DNA from: an uncultured virus (IMG/VR IMGVR_UViG_3300021399_000104)
Taxonomy: Duplodnaviria; Heunggongvirae; Uroviricota; Caudoviricetes
IMG/VR virus record: IMGVR_UViG_3300021399_000104
Length of the DNA: 64,000 nucleotides
Direction: 5' to 3' (one strand)
Shown here: positions 8,878-18,921 of the stretch, piece after piece
Numbering within the stretch: the stretch's first letter is position 1
Layout of the letters: every line of letters begins with the position of its first letter
Position numbers and translations under genes: made by a program
Notes under the pieces: model-generated
Databases searched by the model: none
Seen by the model: the letters and a program-made list of their open reading frames with translations, nothing else
What the model was told of the DNA's origin: nothing

Positions 8878-9271
8878 GCAAGTTAAGCTATGGAGAGGAA
8901 TTATATGTGAGAAAAGAAATAGTGGAGCAGGGTATATTAATGGTGAAGACCTAAGACTTGTTTCTTATTTCCTCCCTTCCTTAAAGAAACAGGTACAGGG
9001 AGGAGATATAGATACTTATTATCAGACAATTTTTAGAAAACTTATAGATAATAAAATTGCTAGAAGATTGCCAGGATATATATTGGTTCAAACTTCACCA
9101 GGGTTAACTAGATTGGTCTTCATAAATTACCGCTCTACCTTACCTATGCCTTATGAATATTTTCTGGTGGATATTCAAATAACAGCAGAAGAAGTACAGG
9201 TAACATTTGAAACAGTCGAAAGATTGAGATGGACACTAAAATTTAAAGCAGATGAAATTATTTATCTTTAA
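8867..9271 (+). CDS. small protein, MKxKQ-start family
   Basis: TTG start, MKYKQVK. Confidence 0.65.
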   Translation: MKYKQVKLWRGIICEKRNSGAGYINGEDLRLVSYFLPSLKKQVQGGDIDTYYQTIFRKLIDNKIARRLPGYILVQTSPGLTRLVFINYRSTLPMPYEYFLVDIQITAEEVQVTFETVERLRWTLKFKADEIIYL

Positions 9272-9596
9272 ACAATATCAGAGAAAGGTAAATAAACTAA
9301 GGACTAAACTAAAAAACAAAAAACTAATGTCCTCTGCTAAATTTGCTTTAATTTTGTGGCTGATAATTAATAGGTCTGTTGAGAAAAGTAAAAATCAACC
9401 AGACACCATTCAAATGTTTTATAGGTTGAGGTGGTTAGTCAGAATAACAAGATGGAAAGATAAAGATAACTATGTAGTCTCTTTCGACAATGATAAACTG
9501 TGCCGCTTTTGGCCTATTTTTGTAATTGAAAAGAAACAAGGGAATCGTGTATACTTATCAATTAACGGTGAAAGACTACAAGTAATTAGAATATGA
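9252..9596 (+). CDS. small hypothetical protein, same cluster
   Basis: MKLFIFKQY; overlapping start. Confidence 0.65.
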   Translation: MKLFIFKQYQRKVNKLRTKLKNKKLMSSAKFALILWLIINRSVEKSKNQPDTIQMFYRLRWLVRITRWKDKDNYVVSFDNDKLCRFWPIFVIEKKQGNRVYLSINGERLQVIRI

Positions 9597-9895
9597 AACT
9601 CTATAATCTGAAAGAATGGAAGAATAATTTAGATAAAATACCTAAGGAGTCTAAAAATAAAGAGGATATTAAGGCCCTATTATTCTATTATTTTATAAAC
9701 TACCAAAAAGCCCAAGTAAAAGGAATTTATGAAAAAACTTTTAATTGTACTGGAAAAAGTTTACAAAAAGAATGGAAGGTAGATGTCTTTAGAACTAGAT
9801 TTGAATTTTGGAACGATGAAACAGCTGTAATAATGAAAAAGTTTAGAGGAAGAGAATTAATAATTGTCGAAAGAGAGAGGACAGTTTTTAAATAA
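9593..9895 (+). CDS. small protein, MKLYN-start family
   Basis: ATGA overlap; terminator-like hairpins downstream. Confidence 0.65.
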   Translation: MKLYNLKEWKNNLDKIPKESKNKEDIKALLFYYFINYQKAQVKGIYEKTFNCTGKSLQKEWKVDVFRTRFEFWNDETAVIMKKFRGRELIIVERERTVFK

Positions 9896-10185
9896 ATCCT
9901 CTTATTTTTTTTTCTTTAAGGTGGCAAAAAAAAAGAAAAGGAGGAATTTAATTTCCTTCCTTATTTTCAAGTTCTCAAAAAAAATTGAGCCTCTTGGATT
10001 GAGACTTTTTCTAACAATAATTTTCTTTTTGATTCCTACATCCTTCATCTTCGTGGTTCAATTTTATCATGGTTCATACAATAAAATTTTACTTTTAATA
10101 TAATTGTTTATCTTATTCATCATATATAAGGCAAATGGAGGTTTCTTTTCTTTATATATGATTAAGAACTAAAAATAACAAAACA

Positions 10186-10653
10186 ATGAAAGTAAATTTT
10201 AATTTTGACGACAAGAACATTAAAGAAATTATTATCTCTTCTATTCCTGATGATACTGATACAGGTTTAGATAAAGAGGTAAAAGAAGGATTTAATGAAG
10301 TAATCAAGCTTTGTCTCCAGCCCGTTATGGAAGTTTATAAGGATCATGTTACTATTGAATACCCATCTAATAGTAGTGAAGTATTCAAGGTAGTAGTTGA
10401 TTCACATGAGATGGGCGAAACAATTTTGAGGTGTATCTATCGGAACGTATTGATTATTCTCAATGTTTTAGAGAGGACAATTTCAGAAGGTAAACCACAG
10501 ATAACAGAAGAGATAATGCGTGATGTAATAAAGGAACTCGAGTCACTGTCTGATGCTGAGGTTGCAGAAAGACTAGGTCTCGAAAAAACAGACGACGATA
10601 ATGATAGAGAAACAACTGTCGGAGAAGTGGTTCCAGAGGAAGGAGCTGTTTAA
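10186..10653 (+). CDS. acidic hypothetical protein
   Basis: 155 aa ORF after a TTTATATATGA promoter motif. Confidence 0.75.
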   Translation: MKVNFNFDDKNIKEIIISSIPDDTDTGLDKEVKEGFNEVIKLCLQPVMEVYKDHVTIEYPSNSSEVFKVVVDSHEMGETILRCIYRNVLIILNVLERTISEGKPQITEEIMRDVIKELESLSDAEVAERLGLEKTDDDNDRETTVGEVVPEEGAV

Positions 10654-11065
10654 GAATGAAGTATTAAGGTTACTAGAATCTAAAGAATTTGTCTTCACCT
10701 ACAAAGATCTTCTGGTTTTAGTTATCAAAGAAATCATCAATCCAGGCTTAGATCCCAACGATGAATACCTATGGAACTTAGAGGGCCATCTTAATTCTAT
10801 TGATGTGGATCGAATCTCTGAATGTAGCTTAGGGGAGTGGAATGGGGAATATATCTACCTCATGCCTCCCTTAAGTGATCATTTAGGCGTTGATGGTTGT
10901 TGGGTAGCTAAAGTATATTTTGGCTCTTGTTCTGGTGTAGATGAATTATTAAGGGCAGAGGAGGTCGAAGATATTAATGTTCAACTAGATATAATCATGA
11001 ACCTCTCTTTAAACCTATTAGAGAGTTTTCGTCCCCTCACTCGTTTATACAATAACGTTATATGA
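10601..11065 (+). CDS. hypothetical phage protein (YFGSCSG motif)
   Basis: 154 aa ORF. Confidence 0.65.
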   Translation: MIEKQLSEKWFQRKELFKNEVLRLLESKEFVFTYKDLLVLVIKEIINPGLDPNDEYLWNLEGHLNSIDVDRISECSLGEWNGEYIYLMPPLSDHLGVDGCWVAKVYFGSCSGVDELLRAEEVEDINVQLDIIMNLSLNLLESFRPLTRLYNNVI

Positions 11066-11346
11066 TGGATGTACGTTTTCGAAATTTTCTTGGTAATCTT
11101 CGTAACCTAGTATATTATTACAGTATCGATACCTCTGAACGATCAACTTACTTTCATATAGTTCGTCGTTATCGTAGTCGAGCAGTAGAGCTATTAAATG
11201 CTAAGGTTGGTGATGCTTCTTTTTTATCAGATATCATAAATTCAATTTCCCCCAAGATAGACAAAGAGGAAAGTGAAGTATGGATTTCTGAGACATTGCC
11301 AAGTATTATATCGAAGCATGAAGATTTATATCAGAAAAAGGATTGA
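11062..11346 (+). CDS. hypothetical protein
   Basis: coupled ORF. Confidence 0.6.
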   Translation: MMDVRFRNFLGNLRNLVYYYSIDTSERSTYFHIVRRYRSRAVELLNAKVGDASFLSDIINSISPKIDKEESEVWISETLPSIISKHEDLYQKKD

Positions 11347-11599
11347 CCGACTAGTTGATAAACCTACAAACAATCGATTAGATAGGGCTTTTATGTCTAA
11401 TAAGTTTAATCGCTTAGCTTTATATAGAGCATGTTATCACTTATTATCAAACGTAGAAAATTATAGTTATCATACTATGTTTTTGGTTGTTACACCTTAC
11501 ATCGATGGTTGCTTATTAAAGTTATCATTCGATCCACTTAGTAAAACACTCTCTATATATACTAATAACGAAAACGATTTAGTGTCAGAAAGGGGATGA
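11318..11599 (+). CDS. small protein, MKIY-start family
   Basis: likely start MKIYIRKRI. Confidence 0.55.
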   Translation: MKIYIRKRIDRLVDKPTNNRLDRAFMSNKFNRLALYRACYHLLSNVENYSYHTMFLVVTPYIDGCLLKLSFDPLSKTLSIYTNNENDLVSERG

Positions 11600-11931
11600 A
11601 ATATTATGAGATTAAGAGGGTATTGAAGTTTAGTAATACACTAATATCTTGTGGTGCTTATTCTCTTCTTTACTATCCTCGTTTTAATTATTACCTGTTA
11701 GAGGATTATCTATTATTCAAGGAAGAGACGTTGAGGTGGTATAAGCATAATAGGTCAGAGACATTACTATTCTACTCTCTTCGCCGCAAGTATGGTTTAG
11801 AGGAGGATCGTGATTTTCTGGCTCCATTAAATGATTTGTCAATTTACTTTTTCAAGGATTTTGGTTCAAAGAAGATAGAATTAAAAATCTACACCCCTGA
11901 AGAATATAAAGAAAGATTAAGGAATATATAG
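11596..11931 (+). CDS. small protein, MKYY-start family
   Basis: ATGA overlap. Confidence 0.6.
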   Translation: MKYYEIKRVLKFSNTLISCGAYSLLYYPRFNYYLLEDYLLFKEETLRWYKHNRSETLLFYSLRRKYGLEEDRDFLAPLNDLSIYFFKDFGSKKIELKIYTPEEYKERLRNI

Positions 11932-11983
11932 CTGTGAAATGCATCAATTTGCGTTCCATAGCCTTACTTTTTTCTTATATGTG

Positions 11984-12400
11984 ATGAAAAAGAGTAATAA
12001 AGAACGAAGGAAAGAGCGTCATTTAAAGCGTAAGGCAAATGATGCAGCGTATAAAAAAGAAATGTGGGAAGAAGGGAAGAAACTTATCGAGCCAGAATAT
12101 TCCAGTTCCGGTTATTATCCTCCAGACTATTCAATTGAGTTAGGTGAGAGGCTTTATCAGATATTTAAGTCGTATAAAGATCACGTTATTCAAGTTGGTG
12201 ATGTGGAGGACAGAAATGGTAATGGTATATTCAGCAAAGAGGAGAGATTCATGGAGTATTTTCGTCGTTATAAAGAGAAGATACGTGACTTTCTCATTCT
12301 TTACAATCCTTCTATTCCTGAGTCGATTGAATTTAGTTATCTCAAGCGTTTATTAGAAACATATTGGGATGAACCTAACCTATTATTGGAGAGAGCATGA
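11984..12400 (+). CDS. hypothetical protein
   Basis: likely start MKKSNKE, directly after a CTTATATGTGA motif. Confidence 0.7.
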   Translation: MKKSNKERRKERHLKRKANDAAYKKEMWEEGKKLIEPEYSSSGYYPPDYSIELGERLYQIFKSYKDHVIQVGDVEDRNGNGIFSKEERFMEYFRRYKEKIRDFLILYNPSIPESIEFSYLKRLLETYWDEPNLLLERA

Positions 12401-12861
12401 TAAACTTAGATGTATTGATTAAGTACGTTAGGAGTGGTCCAAAGCGTAATGATTGGATCTATGAAGTTCGTCGATTAAAGGACAGATTAGATGAGATGAA
12501 GTTAGGATTTCCGGGTATTAGAAATGATCATCTTTCATTAGTTTCCCTGGATTCGTTAGTGGTTGGTGATATATTTATTGTTGATCCTATATTTATCAAC
12601 GCTTCATATTTCTCTGATCGTGAATGGTTTATACCTAAGATGTATCGAGTTTTAGGGGATGGTAAGTTTGAAATATTAGGGATTGGTTGTGGTAAAGATA
12701 ATTGTGACCCAGACAGAACAATCTATCGGTATCGTGACATTGTATCTTATCATGACTTTCCACACGTTTCTCAAGTATTTTTAGTTCAGTGTCGGCCTAA
12801 ATTAACTGGTGGTAGTGGTTATTATTACTTCTACAAGAGTTATCGGGATTTACGAGACTGA
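12397..12861 (+). CDS. hypothetical protein
   Basis: 154 aa coupled ORF. Confidence 0.65.
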   Translation: MINLDVLIKYVRSGPKRNDWIYEVRRLKDRLDEMKLGFPGIRNDHLSLVSLDSLVVGDIFIVDPIFINASYFSDREWFIPKMYRVLGDGKFEILGIGCGKDNCDPDRTIYRYRDIVSYHDFPHVSQVFLVQCRPKLTGGSGYYYFYKSYRDLRD

Positions 12862-12906
12862 AATTTCCTTATACATGATGTTAAACTTTAAAAAATTTTA
12901 TTAATT

Positions 12907-13164
12907 ATGAAGTCAATTGGAAGTAAAATTATTGTAAAGCTTCGAACAGGTGATGATGTCTTGACTGAAAAGGTAGGAGATTTTACCGTTAAAGTTGGAG
13001 CAGGCCAATACGAAGTTGTGTCAGTCGTTAGTGTTGGTTCAGAGATTAAAGATTTGAGTGAGGGTGATGAAATTTATATTCTTCCTCATTCTGGTTATGA
13101 GTGGTCTAAAGATGGTGTTACCTATAGGACCATTTCCATTGCTGATATTATTGCTGTGGTTTAA
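12907..13164 (+). CDS. groES: co-chaperonin GroES-like
   Basis: 85 aa; IGSKIIVK...VVSVG....L.EGDEI.....G.....G..Y..I...DIIAVV; lies upstream of groEL. Confidence 0.8.
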   Translation: MKSIGSKIIVKLRTGDDVLTEKVGDFTVKVGAGQYEVVSVVSVGSEIKDLSEGDEIYILPHSGYEWSKDGVTYRTISIADIIAVV

Positions 13165-13169
13165 GGATT

Positions 13170-13412
13170 ATGGAATTGAATAGTGAAGTCCGAAGTTTAG
13201 AGGATGCCGTATTTTGTGGTTATAATAAAGTAAAATCTCTCTTGTCGGATTGGGAGATACTCGGGTCCAGGGTAACTAAGTTGGAAGTTTTGTTGATGAA
13301 ATATTCCAGACTTAGTGATAAAACTGAACGAGAGTCTTTAATGACAGGAGAAATTAAACCATTATATGAGTCGGTAAAAACTGAAATTGAGAGATTACAA
13401 AAAGAATATTAA
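13170..13412 (+). CDS. hypothetical protein between groES and groEL
   Basis: 80 aa ORF. Confidence 0.65.
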   Translation: MELNSEVRSLEDAVFCGYNKVKSLLSDWEILGSRVTKLEVLLMKYSRLSDKTERESLMTGEIKPLYESVKTEIERLQKEY

Positions 13413-13417
13413 AGATT

Positions 13418-15046
13418 ATGGAAAACAAAATCATTGAACTTGGATTAGATTCGCAAGCCAAAATTATCAATGGAGTGCGAAAAGTAGCTAACGCAATTAA
13501 AGTAACATTAGGTCCAGCGGGTCAGGCTGTTGCTATTGCTTCAGAGTTTGGGGCACCTGAAATTACTAGAGATGGGGCAACAGTAGCTAAGACGATTCAG
13601 CTTAAGGACCAGAAAGAAAACATTGGTGCTCAGTTAGTTAAGAGCGCCGCCACATTGACAGAAGAGCAGGCAGGTGATTCTACGTCTACGACATCAATCC
13701 TTATTATGGAGATGTGTGAAAGAGGACAGAGATACTTGAATGCTGGCTCTAATGTAAATGAAATCAAGTCAGGTATGTTGAAGGCTTCTGGATGGGTCAA
13801 GAAATACATTAAATCCAAGGCCATTTCCATTGACGGTGACTTGGAGAAAATTCGTCGAGTTGCTACAATATCTGCTAACAATGATCCTCAAGTTGGTGAT
13901 TTGGTAGTAGAATGTATGAAGCAAGTTGGGGTGAATGGTGTAATTACGGCCGATATGAGTTCTGGAGTTGATACTAACATTGAAGTAACGACAGGAATGA
14001 AATTGGAACGTGGTTGGTCTTCTCCTCAATATGTAACAGAAGCCGAAACAGGGAAATGTATACTTGAAAATCCTTATGTCGTTGTAATTGGTGAGAAGCT
14101 TCAGTCAGTCGCACAGATCCTCCCATTGATACAACAGATTATGCAGGGTGGTAAAGGTAGACCATTCCTCATTATTTGTGACGATATTAATGATGTAGTT
14201 AATACAACATTGATTATGAACACTTTACAGGGAGCCATTTCATGCTGTGTTATTAAGGGAGTTGATTTTGGAGACTCTCGTGAAAACATTATGCAGGATA
14301 TAGCGATCTCTTGTGGTGGAACATATATTTGTGAAAAGAATGGTTTGACTACGACTGATGCTAAGCTTGAACATCTTGGATCGGCTAAAAGAGTAGTAGT
14401 TAGTCGTGATGAAACTATTATCTATGAGGGCTATGGTGATCCTGATGATGTAGCTAAGAGGACAGAGATTCTTAAGGCTAGGTTGAGTGATTCTTCCATT
14501 AGTTCTTATGACAGGTCGAAGTTTGAGAAGAGAGTTGCTAATCTATCTGGTGGTATTGGTATTATCAAAGCAGGTGGAGCGACAGAAGCTGAAAAGATGA
14601 ATAGAAAGGCAACAATTGAAGATGCTATTCTCGCTTCTAAATCAGCTCTAGCAGAAGGTTGTGCGCCAGGTGGAGGTTATGTTTATCTCATGGCTTCTCA
14701 AGAGGTAAAGTCTGATAAGAAGTTCTGGAATAGTCTCGAAGGTGATGAGAAGGACGGTGCCATGATCGTTTTCTCCTCTCTTCCTGTTATTCTGAAGACG
14801 ATTGCTAATAATAGTGGTCGGTCGGGAGATGTAATTCTGGAAGAGGTATTGAAATCTAGGAAAAAGAATGCCTGGGGTTATAATGCGAAGACTAAGAAAT
14901 TCGGATATCTGTTAAAAGAGGGTATTCTGGATTCTGCTAAAGCTCTTCGTGTTGCCTTGGAAAATTCTGTGTCAACTGCTTCTATGATTCTTCTTACGGA
15001 TTGCACTATAGTTAACGACGAAAGCGATAAAGAAAAAGAAGAATAA
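13418..15046 (+). CDS. groEL: chaperonin GroEL-like
   Basis: VTLGPAG, ITRDGATVA, AGDSTST, ISANND, GGATEAE, IEDA, PGGG and GILDSAKALRVALEN motifs. Confidence 0.95.
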   Translation: MENKIIELGLDSQAKIINGVRKVANAIKVTLGPAGQAVAIASEFGAPEITRDGATVAKTIQLKDQKENIGAQLVKSAATLTEEQAGDSTSTTSILIMEMCERGQRYLNAGSNVNEIKSGMLKASGWVKKYIKSKAISIDGDLEKIRRVATISANNDPQVGDLVVECMKQVGVNGVITADMSSGVDTNIEVTTGMKLERGWSSPQYVTEAETGKCILENPYVVVIGEKLQSVAQILPLIQQIMQGGKGRPFLIICDDINDVVNTTLIMNTLQGAISCCVIKGVDFGDSRENIMQDIAISCGGTYICEKNGLTTTDAKLEHLGSAKRVVVSRDETIIYEGYGDPDDVAKRTEILKARLSDSSISSYDRSKFEKRVANLSGGIGIIKAGGATEAEKMNRKATIEDAILASKSALAEGCAPGGGYVYLMASQEVKSDKKFWNSLEGDEKDGAMIVFSSLPVILKTIANNSGRSGDVILEEVLKSRKKNAWGYNAKTKKFGYLLKEGILDSAKALRVALENSVSTASMILLTDCTIVNDESDKEKEE

Positions 15047-15090
15047 ATTAAGGTCCTCTGGTTCTAAACTGGGGGACTTTCTTACTCTCA

Positions 15091-15136
15091 AAATGAACAA
15101 AACGGGGATTAAGGTGGTTTGAATTCCTTAATTGTG
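15091..15136 (+). promoter_or_regulatory. bipartite phage promoter (AAATGAACAAAA ... CCTTAATTGTG)
   Basis: same 35-bp start-to-start spacing at 20902/20937, 33947/33912(-) and 51473/51438(-). Confidence 0.7.
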
Positions 15137-15155
15137 AATAACGAAAGAAAAATTT

Positions 15156-16646
15156 ATGGAACAATTAGTGTTAGATAAATGGAAAGATTTGATTGATGCA
15201 TGTAAAAATTATTATGTATATTCACGTCCGACTGGCTTAACTGACTCTGAGTATGATGAACTTGAGAGAAGAGCGGCCGTTGAAGATAAATTTTTCGTTA
15301 GAGATTATGTTTTCGAAAATTTCATGGAGGGACAGAGAGCAGAAAATGCATGGATAGAGAAGATACAGAAAACGAAAGTAACTGAAACTTCTATGTATCA
15401 AGCTCTCAGGAATCTTCAGGTAGATTTGGGACATGATCTATATTTTGACTTAAAGTATGATGGTTCTTCGATTGCCATTTATTTAGATCCAACCACTGGA
15501 AAGCCCATTAGATGTGTTACTTGTGGAAATCTAAACTTAAGTGAGGCTGGAATAGATCATACAAAGAAGTTATTTCCATTATTACCCCAACAATTTCCTA
15601 AAGGTATAGTTGCTATTCAGTGTGAGGCCTTAGTTGATCTTAATAGGTTTACAGAGGGTGACCCGGATAGAGCTAGACAGAAAGCGAATGGATTAATCAA
15701 CTCTAAATATAAAGAGGATGAAGTCGTATCGCTATTAACTTTAAGGGCATATCGTTATTATACTGATTCAAGTGAGGAAGGTCAGGCACTAAGATTATCC
15801 GACTATAGAGAAGTTTTAAGGAGATTTGAAACAGTCCGAGCTAGAACAGACGGCCATATTATGTTTGCGCCAGCTGATGTTTGGACTTTAGATGAGTTAA
15901 GTGAAGAATTTTGCGAAGCTGATCGTCTCCAAACTTCGACAGGAAAATTTCTATTAGATGGTTGGGTTGCATATACTAAGATTGGTATTTGTATTGGTGC
16001 TTTAAAATTTGCAGGGGCTGGATCTAAGACTGAGGAACTAGTTAAAACTCATGTCCTAGGTATACAGTGGAACAATCAGGTAGTAAAAGGTAAAGATTCT
16101 TGGTCAGCTAATGTATTGATAGACCCAGTTACAATAAAAGGTGGAACCATTAGAAAACCCTCGGCTGGATCTGTTGGTAAGATGATAAAGAACAAGATAA
16201 CGCGAGGAGCTGAAGTTAGTATTATATTGGCTAACTCAACGATCCCTATGGTTGGTGAATGTTTTTCTGAAGGTGATGGTGATTTTCAATGGCCTGTCTG
16301 TGAGTGTGGTTATCAAATGGGTCCGAGTGATGTATATGGAAGTTTATTAAAGTGTGGCAATCCTCTCTGTTCGTCTAGATTAGGAAGGATGCGAAATTAC
16401 TTGAACAGTCTTAATAATTCAAGTGAGATTAACTTAGATAAATTCCTAGTTATCGATCGGTTTAAATGGTCAACCACTAATGTAGACTTGGGGTATCTCT
16501 TGAAGTTTGTCGAAGATGATAATTCAGACGGCTACAAAGAATATCTCATGTCATTTATGGGAACTAACTTACAAAAGAAAAACATGGAACTTGTTTGGAA
16601 GGCTTCATGGATAACACTAAAAGAAAAATGTACGCCAGAAACATAA
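15156..16646 (+). CDS. ligA: NAD-dependent DNA ligase (short form, no evident BRCT domain)
   Basis: YY..P.LTDSEYDEL (subdomain Ia), KYDG adenylation motif, DGWV, Cys4 finger CECG...CGNPLC. Confidence 0.85.
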   Translation: MEQLVLDKWKDLIDACKNYYVYSRPTGLTDSEYDELERRAAVEDKFFVRDYVFENFMEGQRAENAWIEKIQKTKVTETSMYQALRNLQVDLGHDLYFDLKYDGSSIAIYLDPTTGKPIRCVTCGNLNLSEAGIDHTKKLFPLLPQQFPKGIVAIQCEALVDLNRFTEGDPDRARQKANGLINSKYKEDEVVSLLTLRAYRYYTDSSEEGQALRLSDYREVLRRFETVRARTDGHIMFAPADVWTLDELSEEFCEADRLQTSTGKFLLDGWVAYTKIGICIGALKFAGAGSKTEELVKTHVLGIQWNNQVVKGKDSWSANVLIDPVTIKGGTIRKPSAGSVGKMIKNKITRGAEVSIILANSTIPMVGECFSEGDGDFQWPVCECGYQMGPSDVYGSLLKCGNPLCSSRLGRMRNYLNSLNNSSEINLDKFLVIDRFKWSTTNVDLGYLLKFVEDDNSDGYKEYLMSFMGTNLQKKNMELVWKASWITLKEKCTPET

Positions 16647-17008
16647 AAATAGCAGATAAAGATATCCCAGATTCTGTTAAGCAAATTTGGAAACTATTAT
16701 CTCAAACATTTAAATATACGGCTAGAATATCAAACATCTGGCCATTACTATCTACATCATTTGGCTTGTCTGAATTTGAACTACTAAACACTGCCACAAA
16801 CGAAAATATCATGCTAGAATCTTACCTAATAGACAAAATGATAGAGTGGCAAAGTGGAAAAGATGTTGATTTTTCAGAGATTGCCGAGAGAATTAAAGCC
16901 TCTCAAGAATTTACTGAGAAAGAAAAAGTCTTAGTATTCGAAGATGAGGAAGAAATAGGTTTAAGATTATGGGCGATCTTTTTAAGTATATCACGCCCAC
17001 TTTACTAA
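16595..17008 (+). CDS. hypothetical protein
   Basis: ORF; true start probably at MYARN. Confidence 0.65.
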   Translation: MEGFMDNTKRKMYARNIKIADKDIPDSVKQIWKLLSQTFKYTARISNIWPLLSTSFGLSEFELLNTATNENIMLESYLIDKMIEWQSGKDVDFSEIAERIKASQEFTEKEKVLVFEDEEEIGLRLWAIFLSISRPLY

Positions 17009-17021
17009 ATTTAAAAACAAG

Positions 17022-17642
17022 ATGATTGAAGTTAATTTGTTTAAGATTGCCCAGGGAGATGCTAGAGCTTCTGTGGGTAAATGCATCGCCAGAAACAGAT
17101 TTGATAAGGAAAGTCTGGGCGTAACAATTGAGTCTTTTGTTCAGGGTTTTCTTAAGGATAATCTTGACAAGTTTGAAGGTGGAATCGGTTCTCCTGAGTT
17201 GGTAGATATGATTAATTCAGATGCTACTCTAACTCGTCGTGACATTTCCTGCATTAACTATTATCTGGTTCGTCTGGGTCTGATTGTTAAAGTATTCAAT
17301 GTAACAGACGATGAGGAAAACTCGACTGGTGTTCCCGCTGGTATCGTAGAATGGAATGTGATTGATCGTAACTTTATTCAGTATGATTATCCAACGTCTA
17401 TTAAGATTATTCCAGCTGACAATGTAGATATTCCAGCAGTTCTCCGTCAAGTAGCAGAAACACACGGACTTTTTGATAGCGATAAGTTCTCAGGCATTAA
17501 AAATCCACTGACTACTATGCTTGATAACTTGGATAATGTTAAAAGAGTGACAGGAGCAATTTCTGCCGATATTACTACAAAACTTTATGATATTTTGGAT
17601 GAGCTCGGAATTAGTATTTTCTGCGCAACTCCAGAAGATTAA
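17022..17642 (+). CDS. hypothetical protein
   Basis: 206 aa ORF. Confidence 0.75.
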   Translation: MIEVNLFKIAQGDARASVGKCIARNRFDKESLGVTIESFVQGFLKDNLDKFEGGIGSPELVDMINSDATLTRRDISCINYYLVRLGLIVKVFNVTDDEENSTGVPAGIVEWNVIDRNFIQYDYPTSIKIIPADNVDIPAVLRQVAETHGLFDSDKFSGIKNPLTTMLDNLDNVKRVTGAISADITTKLYDILDELGISIFCATPED

Positions 17643-17664
17643 TTTTCTGTGGAGTCTGTAATCT

Positions 17665-18111
17665 ATGACAACCTTACAAAATGATTTATTAGAAATTTAC
17701 AATTCATTAGTTCTATTTAGTGATGATATTATAAAAAATGATAGACCAGGACCTATATCTGTTTGGTTTGAAAAGGATGCGAGATTACTAACTTTTGAAT
17801 ATAAAGGAAAATCCGCTAGACTACCTCTTCCAAACTATTACTCCTTGGCCCTGGAAGAACTGGAAAAACCTACCTATCTTCTACCTAATGACTATGATCT
17901 CCTAATGTATAACCTCCAAAAACTTATTAACTCGGGGAAATTAATAGAAGATCGAACATGTCTTAGTCCTGAAAATTATGGCTTCGATGTCTATGCCATT
18001 AACCTAAGAGAAGCATGGAAAGGTCCGGATCTCATTGGCTCGGTTCGATTTGTATCTGGTAATTCATGGCTATTTAAACTAATAACAAAGATAAAATACA
18101 ATCTCTCATGA
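17665..18111 (+). CDS. hypothetical protein
   Basis: 148 aa ORF. Confidence 0.7.
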   Translation: MTTLQNDLLEIYNSLVLFSDDIIKNDRPGPISVWFEKDARLLTFEYKGKSARLPLPNYYSLALEELEKPTYLLPNDYDLLMYNLQKLINSGKLIEDRTCLSPENYGFDVYAINLREAWKGPDLIGSVRFVSGNSWLFKLITKIKYNLS

Positions 18112-18548
18112 TAACAATAAAAGTAAAAAATCAAGGTAAACAACCATTACCAACCTATGCCCATTCATCAGATAGCGGAATGGATGCAAGAGCTAATATT
18201 GAAGAACCTATTACACTTAGATCCCTTGAACGACGACTTATACCCACTGGACTAATCTTTGAAATACCAGAGGGATACGAAGTTCAAGTAAGACCTAGAA
18301 GCGGATTAGCACTAAAATATGGTATCTCTGTTCTGAATACTCCCGGAACAATCGATGCAGGTTATAGAGGAGAAATTGGTATAATCCTGGTAAATCTCAG
18401 TAAGGATAATTATACTATACTGCCGGGAGAGAAAATCGCTCAGCTTGTTCTGGTTAAAGTCGAAAAAGCTAACCTGGAACTTGTGGAAGAATTTACTAAC
18501 ACAACTGACCGAGGATCTGATGGATATGGAAGTACAGGGACAAAGTAG
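18108..18548 (+). CDS. dut: trimeric dUTPase
   Basis: SGMD, RPRSGLA, GTIDAGYRGEI, IAQL and RG..GYGSTG motifs I-V. Confidence 0.95.
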   Translation: MITIKVKNQGKQPLPTYAHSSDSGMDARANIEEPITLRSLERRLIPTGLIFEIPEGYEVQVRPRSGLALKYGISVLNTPGTIDAGYRGEIGIILVNLSKDNYTILPGEKIAQLVLVKVEKANLELVEEFTNTTDRGSDGYGSTGTK

Positions 18549-18921
18549 TGAAATTCGACGATTACTAAACATGAGAGGACAAAGTAGATTGATGGTAAAA
18601 TCCGATCTAACATTCAACATAATTAACTCACTCAAATCTCTAGAAGTTAAACCTATCCGGCTGAAATTTATGGAATCACAGCTGAAAAAATCAACCGAAG
18701 AGAATCAAGACTGGGTAGAAATTAAAGTAATGTTGGAAATCTTGAAACTAGAAGAAAATAATCCAGCCTACTTTTGTCAAATATTAAAGGATCTATATAA
18801 AACATTCTCATTTTTAAAGGACAATAACGATATACAAGAAATTGGACTACAGGAAATGGAATGTGGAATGCCTAAATATTATTATCTATTAATCTATATA
18901 CATCAAAATTATGGAAAGTAA
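18445..18921 (+). CDS. hypothetical protein
   Basis: ORF; start uncertain (overlaps dut). Confidence 0.5.
   Translation: MFWLKSKKLTWNLWKNLLTQLTEDLMDMEVQGQSSEIRRLLNMRGQSRLMVKSDLTFNIINSLKSLEVKPIRLKFMESQLKKSTEENQDWVEIKVMLEILKLEENNPAYFCQILKDLYKTFSFLKDNNDIQEIGLQEMECGMPKYYYLLIYIHQNYGK

Noticed and set aside
13630..14289. Antisense ORFs inside groEL (and similar ones inside nrdD, ligA and the M42 gene)
   Set aside because: Shadow frames of well-supported genes.
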